A program made the translations under genes and the position numbers. Source: an uncultured Methanosarcinales archaeon (GTDB lineage Archaea > Nanobdellota > Nanobdellia > Woesearchaeales > CAYVYK01). From it: a DNA stretch of 64,000 bases. Positions 49,142 to 58,663 of this stretch are shown piece after piece. The stretch's first letter is position 1; each line of letters starts with the position of its first letter. Below the pieces are notes generated by a model that did not search any database, was not told the DNA's origin, and saw only the letters and a program-made list of their open reading frames with translations. The stretch covers positions 1-64,000 of the forward strand of contig CAYVYK010000003.1 in assembly GCA_964455675.1 (NCBI GenBank). The letters are read 5' to 3'.

Positions 49142-51814
49142 TTAGATACTCAGCTCAAACTCATCCGACCACAATTCTCCCTGACGGCAGCTAAAGTACC
49201 CTTGCATTCCACTTTGCACCTGCGCGTCACACGTAAAGTATCCTACATAACACGAGGCAAATTCAAACACCATATCACGCTCGGTTCTTGGATTGCATCC
49301 CAGAGGAATCCTAAGCTCAATTGGTCCATTCCTCTGTTGGCTAACATAGCACTCTTCAAACGGCCGATCAACAATAATCTTGAGCTCTCCGATAACACCA
49401 ATATCCGTTTCGGTCCGGCCGTTCACGAGCACGTCAAGTACTGTTGGCTGTACCGAAGGAAGATCGCTGCTAATCGGGAACTCAAGCAGGAGCTCCTTTC
49501 CAATCTGGAAGCTCTGATTATCAACACAGCGCACCTTTGCGACGACGCGTCCGTTAACGACCTCAAAAGGAATACTTGCGTCACTTTTTGGGAGACGAAC
49601 CTCAAACTCATACGAAGAACGATAGTCATGCGGATTCAGCCAACTGTATTCCACTGGTACGTCCTCTCCAAGCACACGGTAGTTTGTCAATCCAATGGAA
49701 CAGCGACTTGGAACGGAAGTCTCAATATGAACAATCACCGGTGCATACGGTGCGATCTGGCGCTCGAGAATCCAGTGATCCACGTCAGTACCCCACACCG
49801 AGTTTGGAATACCCATCCACCCAAATGACGCGTTAGACAATAGGAGAACTGAGCCTTGAGCAGGCTCGAGCGATCCTGACACACCACAAAGCCCCGCACC
49901 CCCAGATTCCGAAAAGAAGCACGCGGGACCAAGGCTTTTACACCTATACTCACTGCACGGACGAAACTCTGTCTCATCACATAACAGGCACTGACTTGCA
50001 ACATTTTGCTGCCACACGCCGCAATACGCATGCTTTTGACCGCTCAGCATTCCGGGATATACTACGAGGCTCGTGTACTCGCGGTTTGCGCCCTTGCTCA
50101 CAATATAATCCCTCCCGTCCATAACAAACATCGCGCTATAAAACAATCGAAAATCCTTCGGATCGGGGGACCCCCACTTGTTGTGGTAACCACCAACGCC
50201 AAGCTGTCCCGCAACATTCCGATAATCACCACAGTCCCCCATACGCTGGCAGACAAAAAATGTCGAGTACGACCAGCTCCTCGGCCAATCCCGTGCCATC
50301 TCCGATGGAGGATCCATACTCGCAAGATTGCATACCTTTTCGCCATTCTGCTCCCAGAACCTAAATCCTGGCGGAACGAATGGAACGCACGTACTTACTT
50401 TCTTCTCTTTTAGGTACAGAGCGTCCCTTCCGAACCAATAGCAGTCACGCTTGGTCACATCCTCACATGTCATTTGCGACGATTGCGCATAGCAGTCATA
50501 CCAACGATTGACACGGCAATCACCATTTGAAACGAGAGTATCCCCTGCGGCGAACTCTTCCTCGGTGCACAACTCTTCACGGTAATCCCTACACTCCTCA
50601 ACAAATTCTCGGCCAAACATGCAACTATGTTTGTAATGCCGAGTACCAACATAATCCCGTCCATACCCTGGCCTACTCTCATATTCGCACCAGCTCTCAC
50701 CGTGACGACGTACCGGTGGGCCGAATGACTCTGTTCGGTAGTCATATGTCTTCCTGCACTCAAAGTTACTGCAGGTCGACTGCAAACAGTATACATCTTG
50801 AGGATAAAACATTGAGGAGCTTGCGCAGTCACTATCTGTGACGACGCTGCACTCATTCAGTGCATTCACACAGCAACCAACTTCGTCAAGCAAAGGCGCG
50901 GCGCATGTGCAGTCCGCATCCGCTGAATACGTTCCTTCCTTTGAGCTGCACAACTCTCGTGATACCCCCACACCACAAGATCCATCTCGGAGCGAGCAAC
51001 ATCCAAGGCCGTTCAAGACACCTGAGAACACCTCCATACCCACCGTAGCATGCCCCTCAATACCAAAGCTAAATGTGAAGTTCCTCTTGAGATCCTTGTC
51101 ATACTTCTGCACGGAAAAAACCACATCAGGGTAGGGCTTATGCTTCTCGATGCTGAATTCACTTCCGAGCTTTAGCATGACCTCCTCCTTATCCATAGGA
51201 TCTGCACGGATCTCATTATTCAGCAGCCATTGCGCAATCTCAAACAACCGGTTTAGTGGAGTAACCACACGGACGGCAAAAGAATCCATGCGTATCTCTG
51301 CATTTTCTTTGGTAATCTCTAGAGGCATTGTCAGCGTGAGTTCGATGTCCTCTTTTGTCATCACGACATCAAGTCTTTTTTGACCGACAACGAAACGATC
51401 TACCTCCTCTTCAAACTCGGTAAAGTTCAAGCAGGCTTCAAGACGAGGAAGGATGCCTTGCTCAAGTTCTCGTTCAATCTCACCCTTTGTTAACAACATG
51501 TTCTCACAACCATCAGCGGTTGCGCGGCATAAGGTATTTACTTTAACCTCCCTGAAATACAAATGACCATCAGGCGCGAGGGAGCCCCCATGTTCTGTCA
51601 CACCATGGATGACTGGAATACTCTCACGGACAAGGCAAGACTTCACAAAATCCGTAATCCTTGCCTCAAGCAAGGGAGGAGTTGAGGCACCAAAGATCTG
51701 CTGTCCAACGTCAGTTGCATCACGCTTTGCATAGAATATATAGACAAAGAGCGCGATAATCAATACGGCCACCAGGATCAGCACCAATGCCAGCTGAGCT
51801 TTCCGTCCTCTCAT
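49142..51814 (-). CDS. Large Cys-rich exported protein with class-III-type signal
   Basis: MRGRKAQ + hydrophobic segment; GCC repeats, ESWC, CQRMGDCG, CSEYRCKSLG. Confidence 0.8.
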   Translation of the reverse strand: MRGRKAQLALVLILVAVLIIALFVYIFYAKRDATDVGQQIFGASTPPLLEARITDFVKSCLVRESIPVIHGVTEHGGSLAPDGHLYFREVKVNTLCRATADGCENMLLTKGEIERELEQGILPRLEACLNFTEFEEEVDRFVVGQKRLDVVMTKEDIELTLTMPLEITKENAEIRMDSFAVRVVTPLNRLFEIAQWLLNNEIRADPMDKEEVMLKLGSEFSIEKHKPYPDVVFSVQKYDKDLKRNFTFSFGIEGHATVGMEVFSGVLNGLGCCSLRDGSCGVGVSRELCSSKEGTYSADADCTCAAPLLDEVGCCVNALNECSVVTDSDCASSSMFYPQDVYCLQSTCSNFECRKTYDYRTESFGPPVRRHGESWCEYESRPGYGRDYVGTRHYKHSCMFGREFVEECRDYREELCTEEEFAAGDTLVSNGDCRVNRWYDCYAQSSQMTCEDVTKRDCYWFGRDALYLKEKKVSTCVPFVPPGFRFWEQNGEKVCNLASMDPPSEMARDWPRSWSYSTFFVCQRMGDCGDYRNVAGQLGVGGYHNKWGSPDPKDFRLFYSAMFVMDGRDYIVSKGANREYTSLVVYPGMLSGQKHAYCGVWQQNVASQCLLCDETEFRPCSEYRCKSLGPACFFSESGGAGLCGVSGSLEPAQGSVLLLSNASFGWMGIPNSVWGTDVDHWILERQIAPYAPVIVHIETSVPSRCSIGLTNYRVLGEDVPVEYSWLNPHDYRSSYEFEVRLPKSDASIPFEVVNGRVVAKVRCVDNQSFQIGKELLLEFPISSDLPSVQPTVLDVLVNGRTETDIGVIGELKIIVDRPFEECYVSQQRNGPIELRIPLGCNPRTERDMVFEFASCYVGYFTCDAQVQSGMQGYFSCRQGELWSDEFELSI

Positions 51815-51909
51815 GCACGATCAATTGGTCTTCCATGTTTAAGAACCTTTGGATGGTGATCGTCCCGCCCAGAAAAATATAAAAGCAGAAGGCAGTATGA
51901 GCGCTCAAG

Positions 51910-52893
51910 ATGAAGAAATACGATTTTTTCGGCCTCGGGAGTCCTATGGTTGATGCGATCGCGAAGGTCGACTATGCCTTTGTTCGGCGGTTACCCTACA
52001 GGCACGGGCACCATTCCGTTACCGATGTGGAACTTTCAGATCTCCTTTCCAAGATCGGCGCGAATAATGTCACCTATGTCCCTGGGGATTCAACCTCAAA
52101 CACGATGGTTGCGCTCTCCCAATTGAAATGCAAGACTCTTTTATGCGGACGCGCAGGCCAGGACGAATTTGGAGGACTTTTTCACGATAGTCTCAAAGAG
52201 GCCGGAGTTGGATCTCGTCTTGTCCTCTCGAACGAAAAAACTGGATGCGTGATTGCACTTGTTACGCCCGATGCTGAGCGCAGATTTGTCATCCACCTTG
52301 GAGCGAGCAACAATCTCCTCACAGAAGAAGTGCCACTTGACGACATTGCGGCGAGTAAATACTTTCATGTGACAGCGTACCAACTCGATCAGTCGCCGCT
52401 CCGTGACACCGCGCTTGACTCTATTGAGTACGCACGAGAACACGGCTGCATCATCAGCCTGGATCTTGCCGATCCAACATTCGTGAAAAGAAATCTTGAT
52501 CACCTCCGAAGAATCGTGCGCCAGCATGTTGATGTTCTCTTCGTCAATGAAGAAGAGGCAGCAGCGTTCACAAAAAAAGCAGGATATGAAGAACAACTCC
52601 ATGCACTGTCAACATACGCTCCAACTGCCGTCCTAAAACTCGGCGCGAAGGGATCCATGATCCATCACGACGGAAGGATTTATCAGGTATCAGCAGTCAA
52701 AACGAAAGTCGTTGACACAACGGGAGCGGGCGATAGTTATGCAGCAGGCATTCTTTACGGTCTGCTCCGAGGCATGCCCATGGACAAAGCTGGAGCGCTG
52801 GCATCATCAATTGCAGGCCAAGTCGTGTCACAAGTTGGGCCTAGACTTCGAAGGATCAAGATACCCGCGCCTCTTGCGCGCTATATGAAGTGA
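51910..52893 (+). CDS. PfkB-family kinase (adenosine kinase-like)
   Basis: NEEEA, KLGAKGS, VDTTGAGD. Confidence 0.9.
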   Translation: MKKYDFFGLGSPMVDAIAKVDYAFVRRLPYRHGHHSVTDVELSDLLSKIGANNVTYVPGDSTSNTMVALSQLKCKTLLCGRAGQDEFGGLFHDSLKEAGVGSRLVLSNEKTGCVIALVTPDAERRFVIHLGASNNLLTEEVPLDDIAASKYFHVTAYQLDQSPLRDTALDSIEYAREHGCIISLDLADPTFVKRNLDHLRRIVRQHVDVLFVNEEEAAAFTKKAGYEEQLHALSTYAPTAVLKLGAKGSMIHHDGRIYQVSAVKTKVVDTTGAGDSYAAGILYGLLRGMPMDKAGALASSIAGQVVSQVGPRLRRIKIPAPLARYMK

Positions 52894-53005
52894 CGCTGCC
52901 GGTACTCATAGAGATAATTTCTTTACGCCATCGTCAATACTGGTCATACGTGGTTGCTATTAGTCCCTACTTACAATCAGCCCAAAAGTACAGTCAGTCT
53001 TAAAG

Positions 53006-53065
53006 AAAAAACTGGAACATCCTCAGCATATCGTGTATTGTTGGGGGTGTGAAGATGTTCCAGTT
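53006..53065 (-). terminator. Hairpin plus T-tract after lrp
   Basis: 12-bp inverted repeat AACTGGAACATC (53010-21) / GATGTTCCAGTT (53054-65), followed by T-run on the minus strand. Confidence 0.6.
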
Positions 53066-53077
53066 CAGAAATGAGCA

Positions 53078-53494
53078 TCAGAGTACCTCCTTGATCTTGA
53101 TGGTTGCCACTTCACTAAGCGTCTTTACAATCATCTTGTTCTTGCGCAAGTCAAGCAGGAATGCATTGAATTCGTTCACGTCCTTGCACTTCACTTTCAG
53201 CATGATATCGTACTCGCCGGTAATACCAAACACCTCATGGATGAACGGATGATTAAATGTGGACGGTGGAAGATTTTCTCTCGTTGTCAGGAATATGAAT
53301 CCCACAAAATCCTTCCCTACCTTTGAATCGTCAAGCTCGAGTGTGAAACGACGGATCGTTCCTTGCGTGATGAGCTTCTGAATACGAGCATGAACCGTGG
53401 ATGGCCGCACTCCAGTGAATTGCGAGATCTCTTTGCTTGTCGCTCGTGCGTTGCCACGCAGCACTCCAATGATCTTTCGGTCGATGTCATCCAT
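53078..53494 (-). CDS. Lrp/AsnC transcriptional regulator
   Basis: DDIDRKII..L..NAR, STVHARI, ITGEYD. Confidence 0.93.
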   Translation of the reverse strand: MDDIDRKIIGVLRGNARATSKEISQFTGVRPSTVHARIQKLITQGTIRRFTLELDDSKVGKDFVGFIFLTTRENLPPSTFNHPFIHEVFGITGEYDIMLKVKCKDVNEFNAFLLDLRKNKMIVKTLSEVATIKIKEVL

Positions 53495-53570
53495 GTTTTG
53501 CGTTCCATGGTGCGATATTCGGATAATGAATTACCCGCTCAAAAATAGTCATACTCATTTATAAATATAT

Positions 53571-53585
53571 ATGGAAATTATCCAT
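53571..53585. promoter_or_regulatory. Candidate Lrp-type operator ATGGA-AATTA-TCCAT between divergent TATA boxes
   Basis: 15-bp dyad with AT-rich centre; TATA-like boxes at ~53558 and ~53632. Confidence 0.45.
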
Positions 53586-53674
53586 CATATTGAAGTAATT
53601 ACTGTCATTTCTTCTGTATATTTGTCAAAAATTATATAAATTGTCCAGTACTACCCCCAGAGCCGTGATACTCT

Positions 53675-54934
53675 ATGGACAATGGAACAAACTATGAAGT
53701 CAAAGACTTACGATTAGCACAGCAGGGAAAGCTCAACATCGAACTTGCCGAGACACATATGGGGGCGCTCCTAGAAATCAAGAAGCGCTTTACCAAAGAA
53801 AAACCTCTCAAGGGCGTCCGCATCGGTATGGCACTTCATGTTACCAAAGAGACTGCCGTGCTCGTACGGACACTTATCGCGGGAGGCGCAAGCATAGCCA
53901 TCACTGGCTGCAATCCGCTCAGCACGCAGGATGATGTTGCTGCAGCGCTCGCAGAAGAAGGAATACAAGTATATGCGTACAAGGGCGAAACCCACGAGGA
54001 CTACTACCGGTATCTCACCAATATCATCAACTTCAAACCTCATATCACAATTGATGACGGCTGCGACCTCGTCTCAGAAATCCATGCAAAACACACATCG
54101 CTCATTCCAGCCCTTCTTGGCGGATGCGAGGAAACAACAACCGGCATCATCAGGCTAAAAGCAATGGAAAAAGACAAGGCACTCAAGTACCCAATCATAG
54201 CGGTGAATGACAACAACACAAAACATCTCCTCGACAATTACTATGGAACCGGACAGAGCACGATCGATGGAATACTCCGCGCGACAAACATCCTCTTCGC
54301 CGGAAAGACTGTGGTGGTTGCAGGGTATGGCAGCTGCGGCAAAGGAGTATCACTCAGATCAAAAGGACTTGGGGCAAATGTTATCGTCACCGAAGTTGAG
54401 CCATTCCGCGCTCTACAGGCGCATCTAGATGGATTTCGTGTGATGCCCATGAAAACGGCTGCACCCATCGGCGATATCTTCATCACAGTCACCGGAAACA
54501 AACATGTCATCACGGTCCAACACATGCAAGCTATGAAGGAAGGCGCAATCGTCGCAAACTCGGGACACTTTGACATCGAGATCGACGTTCAAGGGCTATC
54601 AAAAGCAGCACGAGGAAGAAGAATACGCCCATTTCTCGATGAGTACACCCTTGGCGGCAAACGCATTTATCTCTGCGGCGAAGGACGACTTGTGAATCTT
54701 GCAGCGGCGGAGGGTCACCCAAGCGAAGTCATGGCTACATCATTCTGCGGGCAGTCACTCGCGTGCGAGTACCTTGTGAAGAACAAGGGCAGGCTTAAGC
54801 CGCAGGTCATACAACTACCTCCCGAAATTGACACCCATATTGCCGAACTTCAGCTTAGAACTCTCGGCGTAACAATCGATACACTTACACCTGAACAGAA
54901 AAAATACCTCGCAAGCTGGCAGGAAGGAACCTAA
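53675..54934 (+). CDS. ahcY: Adenosylhomocysteinase
   Basis: CNPLSTQD, DDG.DL, EETTTG, GYGSCGKG, NSGHFD, GRLVNL, GHP. Confidence 0.97.
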   Translation: MDNGTNYEVKDLRLAQQGKLNIELAETHMGALLEIKKRFTKEKPLKGVRIGMALHVTKETAVLVRTLIAGGASIAITGCNPLSTQDDVAAALAEEGIQVYAYKGETHEDYYRYLTNIINFKPHITIDDGCDLVSEIHAKHTSLIPALLGGCEETTTGIIRLKAMEKDKALKYPIIAVNDNNTKHLLDNYYGTGQSTIDGILRATNILFAGKTVVVAGYGSCGKGVSLRSKGLGANVIVTEVEPFRALQAHLDGFRVMPMKTAAPIGDIFITVTGNKHVITVQHMQAMKEGAIVANSGHFDIEIDVQGLSKAARGRRIRPFLDEYTLGGKRIYLCGEGRLVNLAAAEGHPSEVMATSFCGQSLACEYLVKNKGRLKPQVIQLPPEIDTHIAELQLRTLGVTIDTLTPEQKKYLASWQEGT

Positions 54935-55647
54935 TTCCCAAGTCGGAAGACGTTAATTCCATCTGAGTTCTTATCTTCTGGCTTATTTATCTTCTCACTC
55001 TTCTCTTCGGTTCTTTTTACGAGCTCATGCCTCTCAAGAATCTTCACAAACTCCTCATACCTGTGGGAATTCTTGAACTCCCTAAACGTTCCGGGAGGTA
55101 ACTTCTGCATTATCTCTGTAGCAATCTTGGCAATAGTTCTCATGTCTTCCCTTAAGTCTCCGACCTCGCTGTCAAGATGCTTGGTTTCCTCGGGAATCCT
55201 GCGGGAGAAGAGCGAAGCCATTTTCGCCCAAACACGATTTTCCTTCGACTTAATCTCAGATTCCTGCTGCTCAAGTTCCTCTTCCTCTCGCTCCAAATCC
55301 TCGAGCTCTTCCTCGAACTTTTCCTCTTTAGGTTTTTGTTGTTCATCCATAGTATCCCCACTGTGAAACCACTCGGAGAATCGCTTCATGATTGTTGGTT
55401 TCTCTTCGATCTCCTGCTCCATCTCCTCAAAATCCCTATCCTCATCAAAATCTTCCTCCTCAAGTGGCGCATCTTTACCAATATCGACTGTAATCTCCTC
55501 AGGCTCAGGGTTTTTATCCTTGCTCACTCTATCCATAACGCGGTTGTACTTCATGGCAATGTTCTGACGAACATTCGCCATCAGCGGTTTTCGTCGCTTT
55601 GCAGAAATATAGTCGTCCAGTTCCTTATTGATCTCGACGTTAACCAT
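54931..55647 (-). CDS. Hypothetical acidic coiled-coil protein
   Basis: Glu-rich ORF with upstream TATA. Confidence 0.7.
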   Translation of the reverse strand: MVNVEINKELDDYISAKRRKPLMANVRQNIAMKYNRVMDRVSKDKNPEPEEITVDIGKDAPLEEEDFDEDRDFEEMEQEIEEKPTIMKRFSEWFHSGDTMDEQQKPKEEKFEEELEDLEREEEELEQQESEIKSKENRVWAKMASLFSRRIPEETKHLDSEVGDLREDMRTIAKIATEIMQKLPPGTFREFKNSHRYEEFVKILERHELVKRTEEKSEKINKPEDKNSDGINVFRLGN

Positions 55648-55736
55648 GCGGTGAGGTTGGGCTTTGCTGTTTTTATACTTTTCTGTCCGTCGTGACTATC
55701 AGAGAACATCTCTATGCAATCACGTGCGTATCCCAT

Positions 55737-56492
55737 TCATTGCTCTTTTCGCTGCTCAATATAGACTGTCACAGTGAGCACCAGAATGCCAAAAATCACC
55801 CATGAGAGAATCACGAATAACGAGTTGTCCTCACCGTCCTTCTGAGGCATGGGAGTCGCAATGATATCGATCGTCACTGCTTTCTGTTCCACATCGTCCA
55901 TCTCCGAGCTTTCTTGGAACGCAATCACATGGATACTCTCAAAATCCACCGAGTCCATTTGTCCAGGAACCGCGAACTCAACTACGAGATCTTTCGAACC
56001 AACGAACTCAACTATTGGATCTGGGCTTGTCTGAATAACCCTCCTTGGCCTCAAAGGAAAAAATAACTGATCAAAAGGCCCAACGGCGCTTTCAGGCAAC
56101 AATAGGACAAGATGAAGATTATCTCCGGAAGCAGTGAGCGTGATCCGACTAACAGTCGAAGATTCGACGCTCATCAAATTCTTCGCATTAAGTACTTCAA
56201 GAGTTCCCTCCACAGGTACCGCAGTCAATGCACCAGAAGCAAGCGACTCCTTCCACGATCTCAATTGTGACACTGCAGATGGCTCGTGCGTGAATATCAA
56301 TACATTCTCCAGATCCAATTGTGTCTGCATGGATGTGCCCTCATAGATGATTGGACGACCCAATTGCTGGATAACACTTAGCCTTTGAGGTAGACCAAGC
56401 TCTTCAGGAGTGATCGCGAGCACCGACAATGCGAGAAGCACGAATGCAGCAATGAGGGAGATGGGCGCAACAATTTTCATGAGCGTTGTCAC
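55737..56492 (-). CDS. Hypothetical secreted protein with C-terminal TM
   Basis: Signal peptide plus C-terminal hydrophobic anchor. Confidence 0.7.
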   Translation of the reverse strand: MTTLMKIVAPISLIAAFVLLALSVLAITPEELGLPQRLSVIQQLGRPIIYEGTSMQTQLDLENVLIFTHEPSAVSQLRSWKESLASGALTAVPVEGTLEVLNAKNLMSVESSTVSRITLTASGDNLHLVLLLPESAVGPFDQLFFPLRPRRVIQTSPDPIVEFVGSKDLVVEFAVPGQMDSVDFESIHVIAFQESSEMDDVEQKAVTIDIIATPMPQKDGEDNSLFVILSWVIFGILVLTVTVYIEQRKEQ

Positions 56493-56523
56493 TTGCAGTA
56501 TACATCTTATTTAAAGATTGTTC

Positions 56524-57360
56524 TTACTTTCTTGAAAGGACCGCAAACACCGTCTCAGTCTCACCGGGCGTTAGCGTCACAATCTGGCCGCGGAATTTAT
56601 ACCCTGCGGCAAGGAACAGAACTGCGTAGTCGCCCGGAGGCAGCGTGGTAATATTCATCGGGGCCTGCCCATAGGATGTCTGGTTAATGAAGACACTCGC
56701 TCCATTCGGAAAACTCAAGATGATGAGTTTTGTGCTTGTTGATACCTCCTCGAGGACCGGTTGAAGTGTCACGGTCTTACCCTGCGATAGAGTCACCGTT
56801 TCCTCAAAAGACTGGTAACCTTGCGACTGCAATGTTATCACGTAATCCCCCGGTTCCAGAGTCAGTGTCAGAGGAGTCGTCCCTGATGCGATTCCATCCA
56901 CAAATATCTGGGCTGATGGTTGGGATGAAACGATCAATGTACCCCTATCCTCACGGGTGCACCCTTCGGTGCTGATCTGGCAATTCACGCACGCAAGCAT
57001 TCCACCAACAAATCCTTCTGAAACACACGTCCGACTTCGAAAGTCAAGGCCATCACAGAGCTCTGTTCCTTCCGCCATGCCATTCCCACAAACCGGGGGA
57101 GGGGGTGTAATCGTTACCTCTGGCGTCGAGACGGTTGGTATTGGGGTAGGTTCTGGTGTTGTGGGTTCCTTTGTTTGCATCGCCCACACCAAGAATATCA
57201 CGACGGCTAGAATGACAACAATGAGAGGGATGTTCAGATAGGAATGCGGTTTTTCCTGAGACTTCCCTGGAATAGAACGTGGGATTTGCTGCACGGGACG
57301 CGCTTGCACTCCACGACGCGCCGGTTGCTGTGGAACCCCTTTTCGGACGGCCTGTGGCAT
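56524..57360 (-). CDS. Membrane-anchored PEGA-domain protein
   Basis: TM, PT linker, CGNG..E.CDG module, two S.P.A..FVDG...G.TP PEGA repeats. Confidence 0.85.
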   Translation of the reverse strand: MPQAVRKGVPQQPARRGVQARPVQQIPRSIPGKSQEKPHSYLNIPLIVVILAVVIFLVWAMQTKEPTTPEPTPIPTVSTPEVTITPPPPVCGNGMAEGTELCDGLDFRSRTCVSEGFVGGMLACVNCQISTEGCTREDRGTLIVSSQPSAQIFVDGIASGTTPLTLTLEPGDYVITLQSQGYQSFEETVTLSQGKTVTLQPVLEEVSTSTKLIILSFPNGASVFINQTSYGQAPMNITTLPPGDYAVLFLAAGYKFRGQIVTLTPGETETVFAVLSRK

Positions 57361-57451
57361 TGTCCCACTTGAGGAGTGCCTGTTTAATAATTTATTGTTT
57401 TTCTCTGCGAACGGCACTGAATTTTTAAATTCCATACCATTCCCATTCTCT

Positions 57452-58663
57452 GTGAAATACTCAGAAGATTCACTACTTCATCACCAGAGCAAGCGACTTG
57501 AAGAATCATACAAAAGGCTCCAGACACTTCGCCGCATCAACGGCGGATACCTTGCTTCTCCTAATCCTGGCCTGCCAAATGGTGTTGGACGCTACAATGT
57601 CTTCTGGCTCCGTGATATCATGTACGCAACGTACGCAAACGAGTACCTTGGTAATATGGAGGAAATGATTGAGAGCTATGAACTCGTGATGACGATCATG
57701 ATGAAATACAAACATAAGATCTGCGCGGCAATCAAAAAACGTCCCCACCAGTGGGCACTACACGCGCGATTCCATCCAAACACGCTCGAGGAGCTTACAC
57801 CAGAGTGGGGGCACCACCAGCTTGATGTCTTTGGATTATTCCTGTATAAGACTGGCGATCTCATCAAGAAAGGCCATAATGTTGTGCGGACGAGCGAGCA
57901 ACGTGACCTGATCAAAGACATCATTCAATACTTATTCACGTACCGGTGGGAAACACATCCTGATTACGGAATGTGGGAAGAGGGGCCCGAAGTACACTCC
58001 TCCTCAATCGGAGCAGTATTTGCGGGACTCACCATGTGGTATGACGATGGATACTACAACTACAAATATCCGAACAAGATAGAATTATCATCCATCGTTT
58101 CTGTATCCGAGCGCCACTTTGATACAGGACGAAAGGCACTGCAGGATCTCCTCCCGAGAGAGTCATGGACGAGGGCTTGTGACATGGCACAACTCTCACT
58201 TATCTGGCCATACAACATTGTTAACGAGACCATGCGAGACGTAATCCTCGCAAATGTTGAAGGAAAACTGCTACGGGAACGTGGCGTCATCCGGTACGAG
58301 GGAGATCTGTACTTCAACGCAAATCCTCGTAGTGCAAAAGGCAATGAAGCGCAGTGGCCACTTGGCATCGCGTGGCTTGCCATCGTCCACAACAAAATGG
58401 CACGATGGAGCGAAGACCTTCCATACTCACTCAAGCACCTCAGGATCTCAAAGAAATATCTTCTCACCCTGGATAGACTCATGGTCAATGGAGCACTTCC
58501 AGAACTCTATTCTGGAGGAAAGCCAAATGATAATTGCCCCCTTGCGTGGGCTCACAGCTTCCACATCATTGCGCTTCAGTCATTCATCCATGCGGTTGAA
58601 ATCGTACGAATGAAGCACGGACTTGAGATCACCGAGGACCTTGACGCTATTCCTTCAGCCTGA
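57452..58663 (+). CDS. GH15-like (alpha/alpha)6 glucoamylase / phosphorylase-kinase-alpha/beta-like protein
   Basis: WLRD, WGHHQLD, DYGMWEE, EAQWP, LPELY, PLAWAHS; probable GTG start. Confidence 0.85.
   Translation: MKYSEDSLLHHQSKRLEESYKRLQTLRRINGGYLASPNPGLPNGVGRYNVFWLRDIMYATYANEYLGNMEEMIESYELVMTIMMKYKHKICAAIKKRPHQWALHARFHPNTLEELTPEWGHHQLDVFGLFLYKTGDLIKKGHNVVRTSEQRDLIKDIIQYLFTYRWETHPDYGMWEEGPEVHSSSIGAVFAGLTMWYDDGYYNYKYPNKIELSSIVSVSERHFDTGRKALQDLLPRESWTRACDMAQLSLIWPYNIVNETMRDVILANVEGKLLRERGVIRYEGDLYFNANPRSAKGNEAQWPLGIAWLAIVHNKMARWSEDLPYSLKHLRISKKYLLTLDRLMVNGALPELYSGGKPNDNCPLAWAHSFHIIALQSFIHAVEIVRMKHGLEITEDLDAIPSA

Noticed and set aside
53010..53075. Inverted GTTCCAG motifs as ORB elements
   Set aside because: No G-string or unwinding element between them; hairpin plus T-run fits an lrp terminator.
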